Shown here: positions 9,235 through 19,126 of the stretch, piece after piece | How positions within the stretch are numbered: the stretch's first letter is position 1 | How the letters are laid out: every line of letters begins with the position of its first letter | Assembly (NCBI GenBank): GCA_902579105.1 | Contig: CACHFM010000003.1 | Coordinates: forward strand, 21,622-85,621 | Source: an uncultured Pelagibacteraceae bacterium | GTDB lineage: Bacteria; Pseudomonadota; Alphaproteobacteria; Pelagibacterales; Pelagibacteraceae | Direction: 5' to 3' | Length of the DNA stretch: 64,000 nt | Translations under genes and position numbers: made by a program | Notes under the pieces: model-generated | Told to the model about the DNA's origin: nothing | Seen by the model: only the letters and a program-made list of their open reading frames with translations | Databases searched by the model: none

Positions 9235-10425
9235 ATGCAAAATTTTAAACTAAATGAATCAGATATCTTATCCAATCAAGATTGGACGTTTCCGACTAAT
9301 ATTGCATACGGTCCAGGTAGATTGAAAGAAATAGGTGGTATCTGTAATAATTTAGATATTAAAAACCCTTTAATTGTTACAGATAAAGGCAGCACAAAAT
9401 TACCATTTATAATTAATTTACAAAATTATTTAAAAAGTTCTGATGTAAAATCCGATTTATTTTTTGATATATCTCCAAATCCAAGAGAAGATGAGGTTTC
9501 AAATGGTGTTAGTAAATTTAAAGATGGAAACCATGATGCTATAATTGCAATCGGTGGAGGCAGTGCCATGGATGGAGGAAAATTAATTTGCCTCACAGCA
9601 AACAATGACGTTCCATTAAGAGATTTTGAGTTTGAATTAACTCCGCCTAAAATTAGCAAGGATAACCCATTCCCAAAAATTATAACTATTCCAACAACTG
9701 CTGGAACTGGAGCTGAAACAGAAATTTCAGCTATGGTTACTTATTTAAAAGAAGGCATGAAATTTTGTATGTGGCATCCAGATGTTAGACCTTCTTTAGC
9801 ATTGTTAGACCCAGAACTTACAATTGGGCTGCCAGCAAATTTAACAGCCTGGACTGGAGCAGATGCTTTAATTCATGGTATAGAGGGTTATTGTGTTCCT
9901 GGGTTTAATCCTATGTGTGATGGTGCTGCATTAGAAGGATTATCATTAATTTCAAAATCTTTGGTCACAGCTGTTGAAGATCCTAGCAATATAGTTGCGA
10001 GAGGTGGAATGCATGTTGGATCTTGCTTAGCAGGAATTTCTTTTTTAAAAGGTTTGGGATTAGTCCATGCAATTGCTCATATGGTTGGGGCCGAATATAA
10101 TACCCATCACGGTTTAACTAATGCAATTATACTACCAGTTGTTTTAAAATATAATTTACCGGGTATGGAAGAAAAAGTTAAAAGAATGTCTGAAGCTATG
10201 CAATTCGAGGATCATTCTGTAGATGCATTTATTTCAAATATTGAAAAACTTCTTGATAGAATTAAAATTCCAAAGAGCCTAAGTGAGATTGGTATACCCG
10301 AAGATTGTGCAGATAGAATTGCTGAAAAATCAATGAAAGATCAAGCCTATGCACAAAATCCTAGAAAAGCAACTTTAGAAGAAATAAAGGAAATTACCCT
10401 AGCGTCAATTAAAAAAGCTAGATAA
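9235..10425 (+). CDS. Iron-containing alcohol dehydrogenase
   Basis: GGGSAMD, IPTTAGTGAE, DALIHGIE, GLVHAIAH, HHGLTNA metal ligands. Confidence 0.93.
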   Translation: MQNFKLNESDILSNQDWTFPTNIAYGPGRLKEIGGICNNLDIKNPLIVTDKGSTKLPFIINLQNYLKSSDVKSDLFFDISPNPREDEVSNGVSKFKDGNHDAIIAIGGGSAMDGGKLICLTANNDVPLRDFEFELTPPKISKDNPFPKIITIPTTAGTGAETEISAMVTYLKEGMKFCMWHPDVRPSLALLDPELTIGLPANLTAWTGADALIHGIEGYCVPGFNPMCDGAALEGLSLISKSLVTAVEDPSNIVARGGMHVGSCLAGISFLKGLGLVHAIAHMVGAEYNTHHGLTNAIILPVVLKYNLPGMEEKVKRMSEAMQFEDHSVDAFISNIEKLLDRIKIPKSLSEIGIPEDCADRIAEKSMKDQAYAQNPRKATLEEIKEITLASIKKAR

Positions 10426-10437
10426 GAGTTATTTTTA

Positions 10438-11856
10438 ATGTTTGAAAATAAATCAGTAAAAGAAATTATTTCTTTAATTCATAAAAAAGAAGTTTCTGTA
10501 AAAGAAGTTGTTAGTTTTTATTTAGAAAGAATAAAAAAATTTAATCCATCTTTGAATGCTATCGTATCGATTAAAGATGAAGAAGAAATAATAAAAGAAG
10601 CCAAAGATAAAGATGAAAACTTCGATAAAAGTAAACCTTTATTTGGTTTACCATTAGCATCAAAAGATTTATTAGATGTTGTTGGCTTTCCAACTACTTA
10701 TGGTTTTCCAGGATACAAAAATTATTTTCCAGAAAAAAATTCTTTAATTGTAGATCGTCAAGTTAATTCAGGGGCAATTATAATCGGTAAAACAAATACA
10801 GCAGAGCTTGGTGTTGGAGCACATACAGCAAATAGGCTTTTTGGAATTACACCAAATATATATGGTAATTCTAAATCATCAGGTGGATCTAGCGGTGGAG
10901 CAGCTGTTGCTGTTGCTGCTAATTTATTACCCTTTGCAGATGGAACAGATATGATGGGATCTTGTCGTACCCCAGCAGCTTTTGCTAATATTTATGGATT
11001 TAGACCCACACCGGGACTTATTCCTGATTATAGGCCAGATAATAAAAAAAAAAATATTCCAATTATTTCAACACCTGGTTGTTTAGCAAGAACGCCTGAT
11101 GATATGTCTATACTTGTAGACGAGATAGTTGGTAAACATAACTCAGATCCTATTTCTTTTAGCTTATCTAATTCTTTTAAAGAAACTAAAATTAATGATG
11201 AGGCTCTTTCAAATATAAAAATTGGATGGTTATCAGATATGAATGGTAATTATCTATATGAACCTGAAATTTTAGAAATATGTAATAAAAAACTAATAAG
11301 TCTTGAAAAAAATAAAATTAAAATTGAAAATTTAAAACCAAAAATTGATGTATTAAAATTATGGAATTGCTGGACAACTATAAGAGCAAAAAGTATTTAT
11401 GAAGATGTTGTTGATATGAATATTAAAGATATAAATGAAATGACTTCCCAAGCAATATGGGAATATAAAAAAGGTATTAAAATTAAAGAGGATCATATTC
11501 AGTCAGAATTAAATTCTAGAATTGAATTATCGAATGACTTGAATAAAGTTTTTGATAATTATGATTTCTTAGCTTTACCTTCTCAGCAAACTTTTCCTTT
11601 TGATAAAAATCTAAAATATCCAGAAAAAATTAATAATTTTGAAATGGATACTTATCATAGATGGATAGAAGTACATATTTTAGCAAGTCTTTTTTATTTA
11701 CCTTCAATATCTATTCCTGTTGGATTTAACAAAAACGGCTTTCCAATTGGAATTCAAATTATAGGAAAACAAAAAGAGGATTTAAAATTGTTTTCTTTTG
11801 CAAAAAAATATGAAGAAATATATGAATATTCTAAAAAAAAACCTTTATTAAATTAA
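10438..11856 (+). CDS. Amidase signature family enzyme
   Basis: LASKD (catalytic Lys), GGSSGGAA, GTDMMGSCR (Ser-cisSer-Lys triad). Confidence 0.92.
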   Translation: MFENKSVKEIISLIHKKEVSVKEVVSFYLERIKKFNPSLNAIVSIKDEEEIIKEAKDKDENFDKSKPLFGLPLASKDLLDVVGFPTTYGFPGYKNYFPEKNSLIVDRQVNSGAIIIGKTNTAELGVGAHTANRLFGITPNIYGNSKSSGGSSGGAAVAVAANLLPFADGTDMMGSCRTPAAFANIYGFRPTPGLIPDYRPDNKKKNIPIISTPGCLARTPDDMSILVDEIVGKHNSDPISFSLSNSFKETKINDEALSNIKIGWLSDMNGNYLYEPEILEICNKKLISLEKNKIKIENLKPKIDVLKLWNCWTTIRAKSIYEDVVDMNIKDINEMTSQAIWEYKKGIKIKEDHIQSELNSRIELSNDLNKVFDNYDFLALPSQQTFPFDKNLKYPEKINNFEMDTYHRWIEVHILASLFYLPSISIPVGFNKNGFPIGIQIIGKQKEDLKLFSFAKKYEEIYEYSKKKPLLN

Positions 11857-12749
11857 TGAATAGACACCCTCATCATTTTAAAATTGCTTTTGCCTTAGCA
11901 ATCTCAGCGGGAGCTTGGGGAATTTACTGGTTACCTCAAAGAATACTCGAAGAAGGAGGCCTTACAGGAGGTTGGGGAACAATTGCGCAAATGATAATTG
12001 GAGTATTAATTCTATCTCCAATTTCTATTTGGAGAAAATTTAAAGGCAGGTCATCAGGACTTGAATTACCTTTTACAGGATTATTAATTGGAGGAGGATT
12101 TATTTGCTATGCATTAAGCTTTCTTTTAACTGATGTTGTGCGTGCATTGATACTTTTTTATATGACACCAATTTGGACGACAATATTTGAAATTTTGTTT
12201 CTAAAAAAAAGACCAGGTCTAGAACGGTTATTAACTTTACTTTTAGCTCTCGGTGGTTTGTGGATAGTTTTTAGCAAACAAACTTTTTTTCCATTACCTG
12301 AAAATTCAGGTGACTGGTTAGCACTTGCTGGAGGAGCAATATTTGCAGGAGGAATGATACGTCTTGAAGTAATTAAAACTGATGGTGTATTCCCTTTAAT
12401 TTTTTCATTCTTTGTTTACGGAACTATATTTAATATTTTAGCAGGCTATATGTTATCAGAATACCTTGGCCCAATGCCAGCATTTGAAGCATTTATTTCG
12501 ATGTCTTCATTTTTATTTATAATTTCAGTTTTCTACTTTATCCCTACCGGGATAGTTATTCTTTGGTCTCCAAGCCAACTTGGAGCTGGTTTATGTTCAA
12601 TACTTTTTCTTTCGGAAATAATTGTTGGAGTTATAAGTTCAAGTATACTTACTGAAGAACCATTTGGTTGGCGAGAAGTTGTAGGGAGCTCTATGATTGT
12701 AATTGGTGGAATTTTAGCAGTTATTTTAGCTCCTAACAAAAAAAACTAA
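11856..12749 (+). CDS. EamA/DMT family transporter
   Basis: Hydrophobic 10-TM pattern; LFYMTPIWT and LFLSEIIVG motifs. Confidence 0.85.
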   Translation: MNRHPHHFKIAFALAISAGAWGIYWLPQRILEEGGLTGGWGTIAQMIIGVLILSPISIWRKFKGRSSGLELPFTGLLIGGGFICYALSFLLTDVVRALILFYMTPIWTTIFEILFLKKRPGLERLLTLLLALGGLWIVFSKQTFFPLPENSGDWLALAGGAIFAGGMIRLEVIKTDGVFPLIFSFFVYGTIFNILAGYMLSEYLGPMPAFEAFISMSSFLFIISVFYFIPTGIVILWSPSQLGAGLCSILFLSEIIVGVISSSILTEEPFGWREVVGSSMIVIGGILAVILAPNKKN

Positions 12750-12770
12750 TGATATTTATATAAAATTAAA

Positions 12771-13934
12771 TCAAAATTCATAATTCACTATTTCATCCAT
12801 CATATTAATCATTGCTTTTTTATAATTTTCGTCAGTTCCAGAAGGAGTGTCTATTACTGAAAAATATGATGCAGTAATTCCAGTTTTTAAATTTATTGCT
12901 AAAAACTGTCCACCTAATCCAGAGTGTCCAATCCAATCATTCAATTTCATTGTTGAATTTGAATAATATAAAAATTTATTTTTAGACAACTCCATATACT
13001 TTGTTCCTTTATTTTTTAAAGTTTGATTAAAGAATTCAGATGATCCAACTTTCCTATTACCAACCCCAAAACCTTTTCGAGAAAATAGAAGTCCATATCG
13101 TAAAAAATCTCTAGAAATTAAACATGCACCTCCCGAGATCCAAGGCATACCGAATCTATCTGTTCCCATGTATAAAGCATCTTCAAAACCAGCAGCTTCA
13201 ACAACATCAAGCACCCAGTCTTTTAATTTTTTTTTACTAACTTTTTCAATTAAAAGACCTAAGACATCAGTATTTGCTGATTTATAATGGGAAAATTCAG
13301 TTTTATTATTTAAATCTTTATTTTTATTAGACTTAATTTTATTTAAAAATTCTTCTTGTCCAATTTTTTCATTTAAATCTTTTGGTAATCTCCAACCACA
13401 TACAGGTTCATGCATATATGATGAAGTATAAGGATCAGTATAATCCTCACTATATGCATTTTCGATATTCATGTCTAAAACATCTTGGATTGTAGCTTTA
13501 GCATATCCGGTTCCAATATTTGGTAAATATTTTGATATTTTGTGATTAAGTTTTATAATTTTTTTTTTGACAAGTTCTCCAATAAATAAATTTACAAACA
13601 TTTTAGTAATCGACATTATTGTTTGTGGAGTTTTATTAGTAAAGTCACTTGCATATTTTTCATAGAGAATATCTTGATCTTTTCCAACTAATAAAGAACA
13701 AAAATATTTATGATTAATAATTTTTTTTACAGAAGGAATATTTTGAATTTTTTTATTATATTTTTTATTTAATTTTAAAACTAAATCTGATCTATATAAT
13801 AGACCATATCTGTTTATTTTATGTAAATTTCTATATCCTGCTCTACGAGTTTCGGGCAAATACCATTTTGGTTTATTATTTCTTACCACAACTAGACTTG
13901 AATTAGCTTCACTTTTAAGCTTGTATTTGTTCAT
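12771..13934 (-). CDS. Serine hydrolase, beta-lactamase class C / NylB-like (6-aminohexanoate-dimer hydrolase-like)
   Basis: SxxK (MSITK), YKSANTD, GHSGLGGQF motifs; no signal peptide. Confidence 0.8.
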   Translation of the reverse strand: MNKYKLKSEANSSLVVVRNNKPKWYLPETRRAGYRNLHKINRYGLLYRSDLVLKLNKKYNKKIQNIPSVKKIINHKYFCSLLVGKDQDILYEKYASDFTNKTPQTIMSITKMFVNLFIGELVKKKIIKLNHKISKYLPNIGTGYAKATIQDVLDMNIENAYSEDYTDPYTSSYMHEPVCGWRLPKDLNEKIGQEEFLNKIKSNKNKDLNNKTEFSHYKSANTDVLGLLIEKVSKKKLKDWVLDVVEAAGFEDALYMGTDRFGMPWISGGACLISRDFLRYGLLFSRKGFGVGNRKVGSSEFFNQTLKNKGTKYMELSKNKFLYYSNSTMKLNDWIGHSGLGGQFLAINLKTGITASYFSVIDTPSGTDENYKKAMINMMDEIVNYEF

Positions 13935-13951
13935 AAATTTTAATCATTATT

Positions 13952-14869
13952 TTATTTTTTTAATACAGATATTGCTTTTATTTCCTCAACTCCTAGTCCA
14001 CAGCATCCACCAATAATCTGAACTCCATTTTTTAACCAGGATTTAGCATATTCTAAATAATCATTAGGAGTAATGTTGTCCGCAAATTTCCAATGCGGTT
14101 TTTCATAGTATCCTGTGTTTGGATATGCGCCCAATATTCCATTAAAGTTTTTTTTTGCAATATCTATAGCTTTTCCTGTAACACCAATATCACTGTGTGC
14201 AATTAAAATAGGACCTTTATGTAGTTTGCTAAATCTATTTAAAGATTTTTCAAAATCTTCATAAACTTCAGGTGGAGAGTCTATAGTATCATTATAACCA
14301 AGCATTACATTGTTAGTTTCATTATCGATTACACACGATATTGAAAGCCAAATAGGAATATTTATTTTATATGAACATTCTATCATTGTTTGAACAATGT
14401 CAGCTTGTGATGACATTGCTTCTAAAATAATTAAATCGACTCCTTCTTCTGTTAAAATTTTTATTTGTTCTTTAAAACCTGGAATCATTGCTTTAGTTCC
14501 AAATTTATAAAAACTCCCAGAAGCCGATACGCTTCCAGCCAAAGCAATATCTTTTTTTGAGTTTTCAATTGCTTTCTTAGCTACCTCGACACTTTTTTGG
14601 TTGAATTCTTGAATTGAGTCTTCTAATCCATAATTTTTCATTGAAATAGGAGTACAAGCATAAGTGTTTGTAGTAATTACGTCAGCTCCAGCTTTAATAT
14701 AGTCCTCATGAACTTTTGTAACTAATTCTGGGAATTCAACAGAGCATGTGCCACACCATAAATTTTTGTCCATTTTAGCTCCATTTTTTTCAAGCTCTGA
14801 TCCCATCGCTCCATCTAAAATTACTAATTTACCATTATTTAATTTTTCTTTGATAAATTTGTAGGACAT
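13952..14869 (-). CDS. Homocysteine S-methyltransferase family protein (BHMT/MmuM fold)
   Basis: LDGAMGSEL, HEDYIKAGADVITTNTY, AYPNTG, IIGGCCG. Confidence 0.9.
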   Translation of the reverse strand: MSYKFIKEKLNNGKLVILDGAMGSELEKNGAKMDKNLWCGTCSVEFPELVTKVHEDYIKAGADVITTNTYACTPISMKNYGLEDSIQEFNQKSVEVAKKAIENSKKDIALAGSVSASGSFYKFGTKAMIPGFKEQIKILTEEGVDLIILEAMSSQADIVQTMIECSYKINIPIWLSISCVIDNETNNVMLGYNDTIDSPPEVYEDFEKSLNRFSKLHKGPILIAHSDIGVTGKAIDIAKKNFNGILGAYPNTGYYEKPHWKFADNITPNDYLEYAKSWLKNGVQIIGGCCGLGVEEIKAISVLKK

Positions 14870-15255
14870 TAAGTTTTATTATTCGTAAAAGCACAAATTT
14901 TATTTCCGTCCAAATCACGAATATAAGAATAATAAACTCCTGAATTTGGAGGTCTTTCACCACCTGATCCTTCGCTTTTTCCACCTGCTTTTAATCCAGT
15001 TTCATGAAATTTATCAACAATTTGTCTTGAAGTTGTAATAAACGAAACTTGAGTTCCATTACCATGGGTAGCTTTTTCTTTATTAAAAGGTTTTGTGACA
15101 TAAAATTCAATTTCTGCTGGATTTTCCATTGGAGCATAAGCTGCATATTCAGAATCTGTTTCTACTCTTTTTAAATTAAGAGATTTTAAAATTTCATCAT
15201 AAAAACCAATGGCTTTATCAAGATCATTAGTTCCAACCATTACATAACCAATCAT
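14869..15255 (-). CDS. VOC/glyoxalase family protein
   Basis: MIGYVMVGTNDL, GNGTQVSF, YYSYIRDLDGNKI. Confidence 0.88.
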   Translation of the reverse strand: MIGYVMVGTNDLDKAIGFYDEILKSLNLKRVETDSEYAAYAPMENPAEIEFYVTKPFNKEKATHGNGTQVSFITTSRQIVDKFHETGLKAGGKSEGSGGERPPNSGVYYSYIRDLDGNKICAFTNNKT

Positions 15256-15293
15256 ATTACTTCATCCAACTTTTATGTTTTATTTTATCATAT

Positions 15294-16235
15294 TTATATT
15301 TCATATCCTATTTCTTCTGTTTCATTATCAACTAACTCTTCTGGGAAGTCCTCTGCTCTAAAATTAATCTTATTAATATCTTCCATTCTTTTTACAATCA
15401 TAGATGACCAAGCTCTTTGACCGTATTTTTTTTGTCCATCTTTAAATATATCAACAATTAATGGAGATATTTCCAGTGGAGCATTTAGTTTTTTAGCTAG
15501 ATTATCAAAAAGTCCGGTATCTTTTAAAACTAAATCCATAGTAAAATTGATATTATAAGATCCATTTAAAATAACTTGACTTTCTGTTTCATGAACAAAT
15601 GAATTCCCAGATGAGGCCAATATTCCTTTGTATGTTTTTGTTAAATCTAAATTAGATTTTTTTGCCACTGTCCATGCTTCACCAAGGGCAACTAAATGGA
15701 CAGAAGCTAAATAATTAGTAATTAATTTTAATATTGAAGCTGTTCCTAATTCACCAGTATGCAATACTTTTCTACCCATAACAGTTAAAGCAGGTAAAAT
15801 TTTTTGAAAGGCATTTCTTTCTCCTCCAACAAAAATTGCAATATTTCCAGTTGCAGCTCTATGACAACCACCACTAACCGGTCCATCTAAAGGGATAGCA
15901 TTTTTTTCAATTACTTTTTTACCAAGTCTTTTAACTTCAGATTCATCTGTTGTACTCATTTCTAACCAAATTTTATTTTCTGATAGTCCTTCTAAAATTC
16001 CATTTTCTCCTTCCATTACTTCAGCACAAATTTTTGGAGACGGAAGACTTGTAATGATTAAATCAACTTTTTCGGTTAATTCTTTTGGAGTATTTGCAAC
16101 TTTAGCTCCTAAATCAATAAAAGGTTTTGTTAATTTTTTATCTAAATCTCTAACTGTTAAATCAAATTTATTTCTTAACAAACTTCCAGCAAGTTTCCCT
16201 CCAACATTTCCCAAACCAATAAAACCTATTTTCAT
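15294..16235 (-). CDS. NAD(P)-dependent oxidoreductase, 3-hydroxyisobutyrate/beta-hydroxyacid dehydrogenase family
   Basis: GFIGLGNVG Rossmann motif, DGPVSGG, catalytic Lys in LKLITNY. Confidence 0.9.
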   Translation of the reverse strand: MKIGFIGLGNVGGKLAGSLLRNKFDLTVRDLDKKLTKPFIDLGAKVANTPKELTEKVDLIITSLPSPKICAEVMEGENGILEGLSENKIWLEMSTTDESEVKRLGKKVIEKNAIPLDGPVSGGCHRAATGNIAIFVGGERNAFQKILPALTVMGRKVLHTGELGTASILKLITNYLASVHLVALGEAWTVAKKSNLDLTKTYKGILASSGNSFVHETESQVILNGSYNINFTMDLVLKDTGLFDNLAKKLNAPLEISPLIVDIFKDGQKKYGQRAWSSMIVKRMEDINKINFRAEDFPEELVDNETEEIGYEI

Positions 16236-17104
16236 TTCAAAACCTCATCTTTTTTTGTTTTTGTAAATACTATCATTATCACTCCAATAATTATAATCAC
16301 TCCACCAATAAATAATTCAGAGGTAGGTTTTTCGCCTAAAAGAAATATCGCTGCTAACAAACCTGTTGGAGGAATACCCATCGTGACTATTGGTAGTACT
16401 TTATATAAAGGGTTATTTTTTAAGACATAATAGAAACAACCATAAGTTATTGGTTGCATAATAAAACCAATATAGATTGCAATTATCCAATGATCAAAAC
16501 TGGCTTCAGTAATATATTTTACTGTATTTCCATCTAATACAGAAGATAAACAAATTAATATTGGACCAGAAAATAATGCTAACCAAGCTACAAGTGCTAG
16601 TGGATTTATTTCTTTACTAAGAGGTTTAACGATGACCTGTCCAAGTGCCCAAATAGCTGAACCTAAAATAGTAAGAGCGATACCAAAAAATTTTCCATCT
16701 AAATTAGGAGATCCAGTTAAAATATAAACTCCAACGAAGGCAATAAAGATTCCAACCAATGCTCTTATTGTAGGTTTTTCTTTAAGCATGAAGTAAGCAA
16801 AAATAACTCCAAAAGGAACTTCTGTTTGTACTAGCAATACAGCGGCCGATGCATCTATGTAGTCTAGTCCTGTATAGGTAATACTGTATTGCAAGGTATT
16901 TGCTACAAAAGAGGCAATAAATATTTTTTTTAAATATCCCTTAGGTATTGGAAACCACCAAATTAAAATAGATGCTGCAAAAGTAAATCTTATACCCATT
17001 AAAAGAATAGGAGGAAAAGATTCAAAAGCAGGTTTTGCAATTACAAAACCAAAACCTAAAAAAATTGGAACTAAGGAAGCTATCAGGGTATCTTTTATAT
17101 TCAT
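16232..17104 (-). CDS. EamA/DMT family transporter
   Basis: Two EamA repeats; PPILLMGIRF, LLGEKPT. Confidence 0.87.
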   Translation of the reverse strand: MNIKDTLIASLVPIFLGFGFVIAKPAFESFPPILLMGIRFTFAASILIWWFPIPKGYLKKIFIASFVANTLQYSITYTGLDYIDASAAVLLVQTEVPFGVIFAYFMLKEKPTIRALVGIFIAFVGVYILTGSPNLDGKFFGIALTILGSAIWALGQVIVKPLSKEINPLALVAWLALFSGPILICLSSVLDGNTVKYITEASFDHWIIAIYIGFIMQPITYGCFYYVLKNNPLYKVLPIVTMGIPPTGLLAAIFLLGEKPTSELFIGGVIIIIGVIMIVFTKTKKDEVLK

Positions 17105-17162
17105 GTGGTTGTTTTATATTAATGATTATTAAAGAACTTCTGATATATTGACCTTTTAAAAT

Positions 17163-17909
17163 ATGAATTCAACAAAAATAGAGCCCAAATATATTAGCAA
17201 GTCAAATCCTAGGGTAGGTCTTATAGCTTTAGCCAGTGACTTTATGATTGAAAAAGACTTTATAAATGTCATTAAAGATAAAGATATAGATTTTTTTGTT
17301 AATAGGATTGAATGTTATAATCCATTAACAACTGAAAATTTAATCAAGATGTCAGAAAAAGTAACTGAAGTTACTAATGATATTTTGCCAGATCAAGAAA
17401 TAGATTGTGTTGTTTATGGTTGTACTTCAGGAACCATTGCTGCAGGCTTTGATGCAATTGAAAAAAAAGTTAAGTTAGCGAAGCCAAAAGCAAAAGTTAC
17501 TACACCTAGCACAGCCGCTATTAAGGCTTTAAAAAAACTTAATATCAAAAATGTTTCAATATTTACACCCTACAGCAAAAAATTAAATGATGAGGTAGTT
17601 GATTATTTTAAAAAGGAAGGATTTAATATAACTTCTAATTCATATTTCGATATTAAATCTGATTATGATATTGGAAAAGTAGATCAGAATTATTTGTATG
17701 ATGTTTTATCAAAAATTGATCTAAAAGATGCAGATGCGCTTTTTGTATCTTGTACAGCATTACCTGTTTTATCTATTATTGATAAATTAGAAAAAAAATT
17801 GAACAAAGTTGTTTTATCTAGCAATCAAGCTTTAATATGGGATACACTAGAACGCATTGGAAGCAATCAATCTGTAGAAGGATTCGGAAGTTTATTTAAA
17901 TCACATTAA
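17163..17909 (+). CDS. eutA: Ectoine utilization protein EutA (Asp/Glu racemase / maleate isomerase family)
   Basis: YGCTSG and FVSCTAL two-Cys motifs; SSNQALIW; adjacent to doeA. Confidence 0.8.
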   Translation: MNSTKIEPKYISKSNPRVGLIALASDFMIEKDFINVIKDKDIDFFVNRIECYNPLTTENLIKMSEKVTEVTNDILPDQEIDCVVYGCTSGTIAAGFDAIEKKVKLAKPKAKVTTPSTAAIKALKKLNIKNVSIFTPYSKKLNDEVVDYFKKEGFNITSNSYFDIKSDYDIGKVDQNYLYDVLSKIDLKDADALFVSCTALPVLSIIDKLEKKLNKVVLSSNQALIWDTLERIGSNQSVEGFGSLFKSH

Positions 17910-17911
17910 TT

Positions 17912-19081
17912 ATGCTTTTTACAAAAGAAGAATACAAACAAAGATTAAAAAAAGTTCAAACTTTAATGCAAGAAAAAGGAATTGAGCTTTTAATCTCTCA
18001 CGACACAAATAATATGAATTACTTAACCGGTTATGATGCCTGGTCTTTTTACTACGCCCAATGTGCAGTAGTACATGTTAATGCAGAAGAACCCTTATGT
18101 TTTGTTAGAGCACAAGATGCTGGCGGAGCTTATATAAAAACTTATTTAAAAAATGAAAATGTAATTGTTTATGATGAAAATTATATTCATACATGGCCGA
18201 AACATCCTTATGATTATCTTGTCCAAATTATTAAAGAGAGAAAATGGGATAAATTATCTATTGGGCTTGAAATGGATGCACATTATTTTACTGCATTTTG
18301 TTATGAAAAAATAAAACAAGGCTTGCCTAATGCAAAAATTAAAGATTCTGAAAGATTGGTAAACTGGGCAAGATTAGTAAAATCTGACGCAGAAATTAAA
18401 TTTATGAAATCGGCAGCTGTAATTTCTCAAGAAGGAATGAAAACCGCAATTAATGTTATAAATCCTGGAGTAAGGCAATGTGATGCTGTAGGTGAGATTC
18501 AAAAAACTTTATTTTATGGAACACCAGAGTTTGGAGGAGAGTATTCAAGTATAGCAACTTTACTTCCTACGGGAAAAGGAACTTCGGCCTCACACTTAAC
18601 AGCTACACAAGATAAGTTTGTAACTGGTGAGGCAACAATTATTGAACTTTCAGGTGTTTATAAAAGATATCATGCTCCAATGGCTCGAACAGTTTTATTA
18701 GGCAAGCCTGATCAAAAAAAAATTGATACGATGAATAAAACTATTGAAGCGCTTCAAGCAGGAATTGATGCTACAAAACCTGGTAATACTGCTGACGATG
18801 TGGCTCAAGCATTTTGGAAGATATTAGATAAATATGGAATAGAGAAAAAATCTCGAACTGGTTACTCGATTGGAATAGGCTACCCTCCAGATTGGGGCGA
18901 GCATACTTTAAATATTTATAAAGGAGATATGACCATTCTCGAGAAAAATGTATGTTTTCATATGATTGCAGTTATGCAATTTGGAGACTGGGGTGTAGAA
19001 GCCTCAGAAGCTATAAGAGTAACCGATAATGGTTCAGAATTATTTTGTAATTTTCCAAAAGAACTACATATTAAAAGCTAA
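17912..19081 (+). CDS. doeA: Ectoine hydrolase DoeA/EutD (metal-free M24 fold)
   Basis: LTGYDAWSFY, YHAPMART, RTGYSIGIGYPPDWGEHT; canonical aminopeptidase-P metal ligands are replaced. Confidence 0.85.
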   Translation: MLFTKEEYKQRLKKVQTLMQEKGIELLISHDTNNMNYLTGYDAWSFYYAQCAVVHVNAEEPLCFVRAQDAGGAYIKTYLKNENVIVYDENYIHTWPKHPYDYLVQIIKERKWDKLSIGLEMDAHYFTAFCYEKIKQGLPNAKIKDSERLVNWARLVKSDAEIKFMKSAAVISQEGMKTAINVINPGVRQCDAVGEIQKTLFYGTPEFGGEYSSIATLLPTGKGTSASHLTATQDKFVTGEATIIELSGVYKRYHAPMARTVLLGKPDQKKIDTMNKTIEALQAGIDATKPGNTADDVAQAFWKILDKYGIEKKSRTGYSIGIGYPPDWGEHTLNIYKGDMTILEKNVCFHMIAVMQFGDWGVEASEAIRVTDNGSELFCNFPKELHIKS

Positions 19082-19126
19082 TTAACTATTGCAAAAATTT
19101 TAAACAAATGTTTTATAAAGTTTCTT

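Noticed and set aside
14870-15293. SAM-V or other riboswitch upstream of the Hcy methyltransferase
   Set aside because: The gene is translationally coupled to the VOC gene and upstream spacers are under 40 bp; no riboswitch-like structure seen. A covariance-model search was not possible
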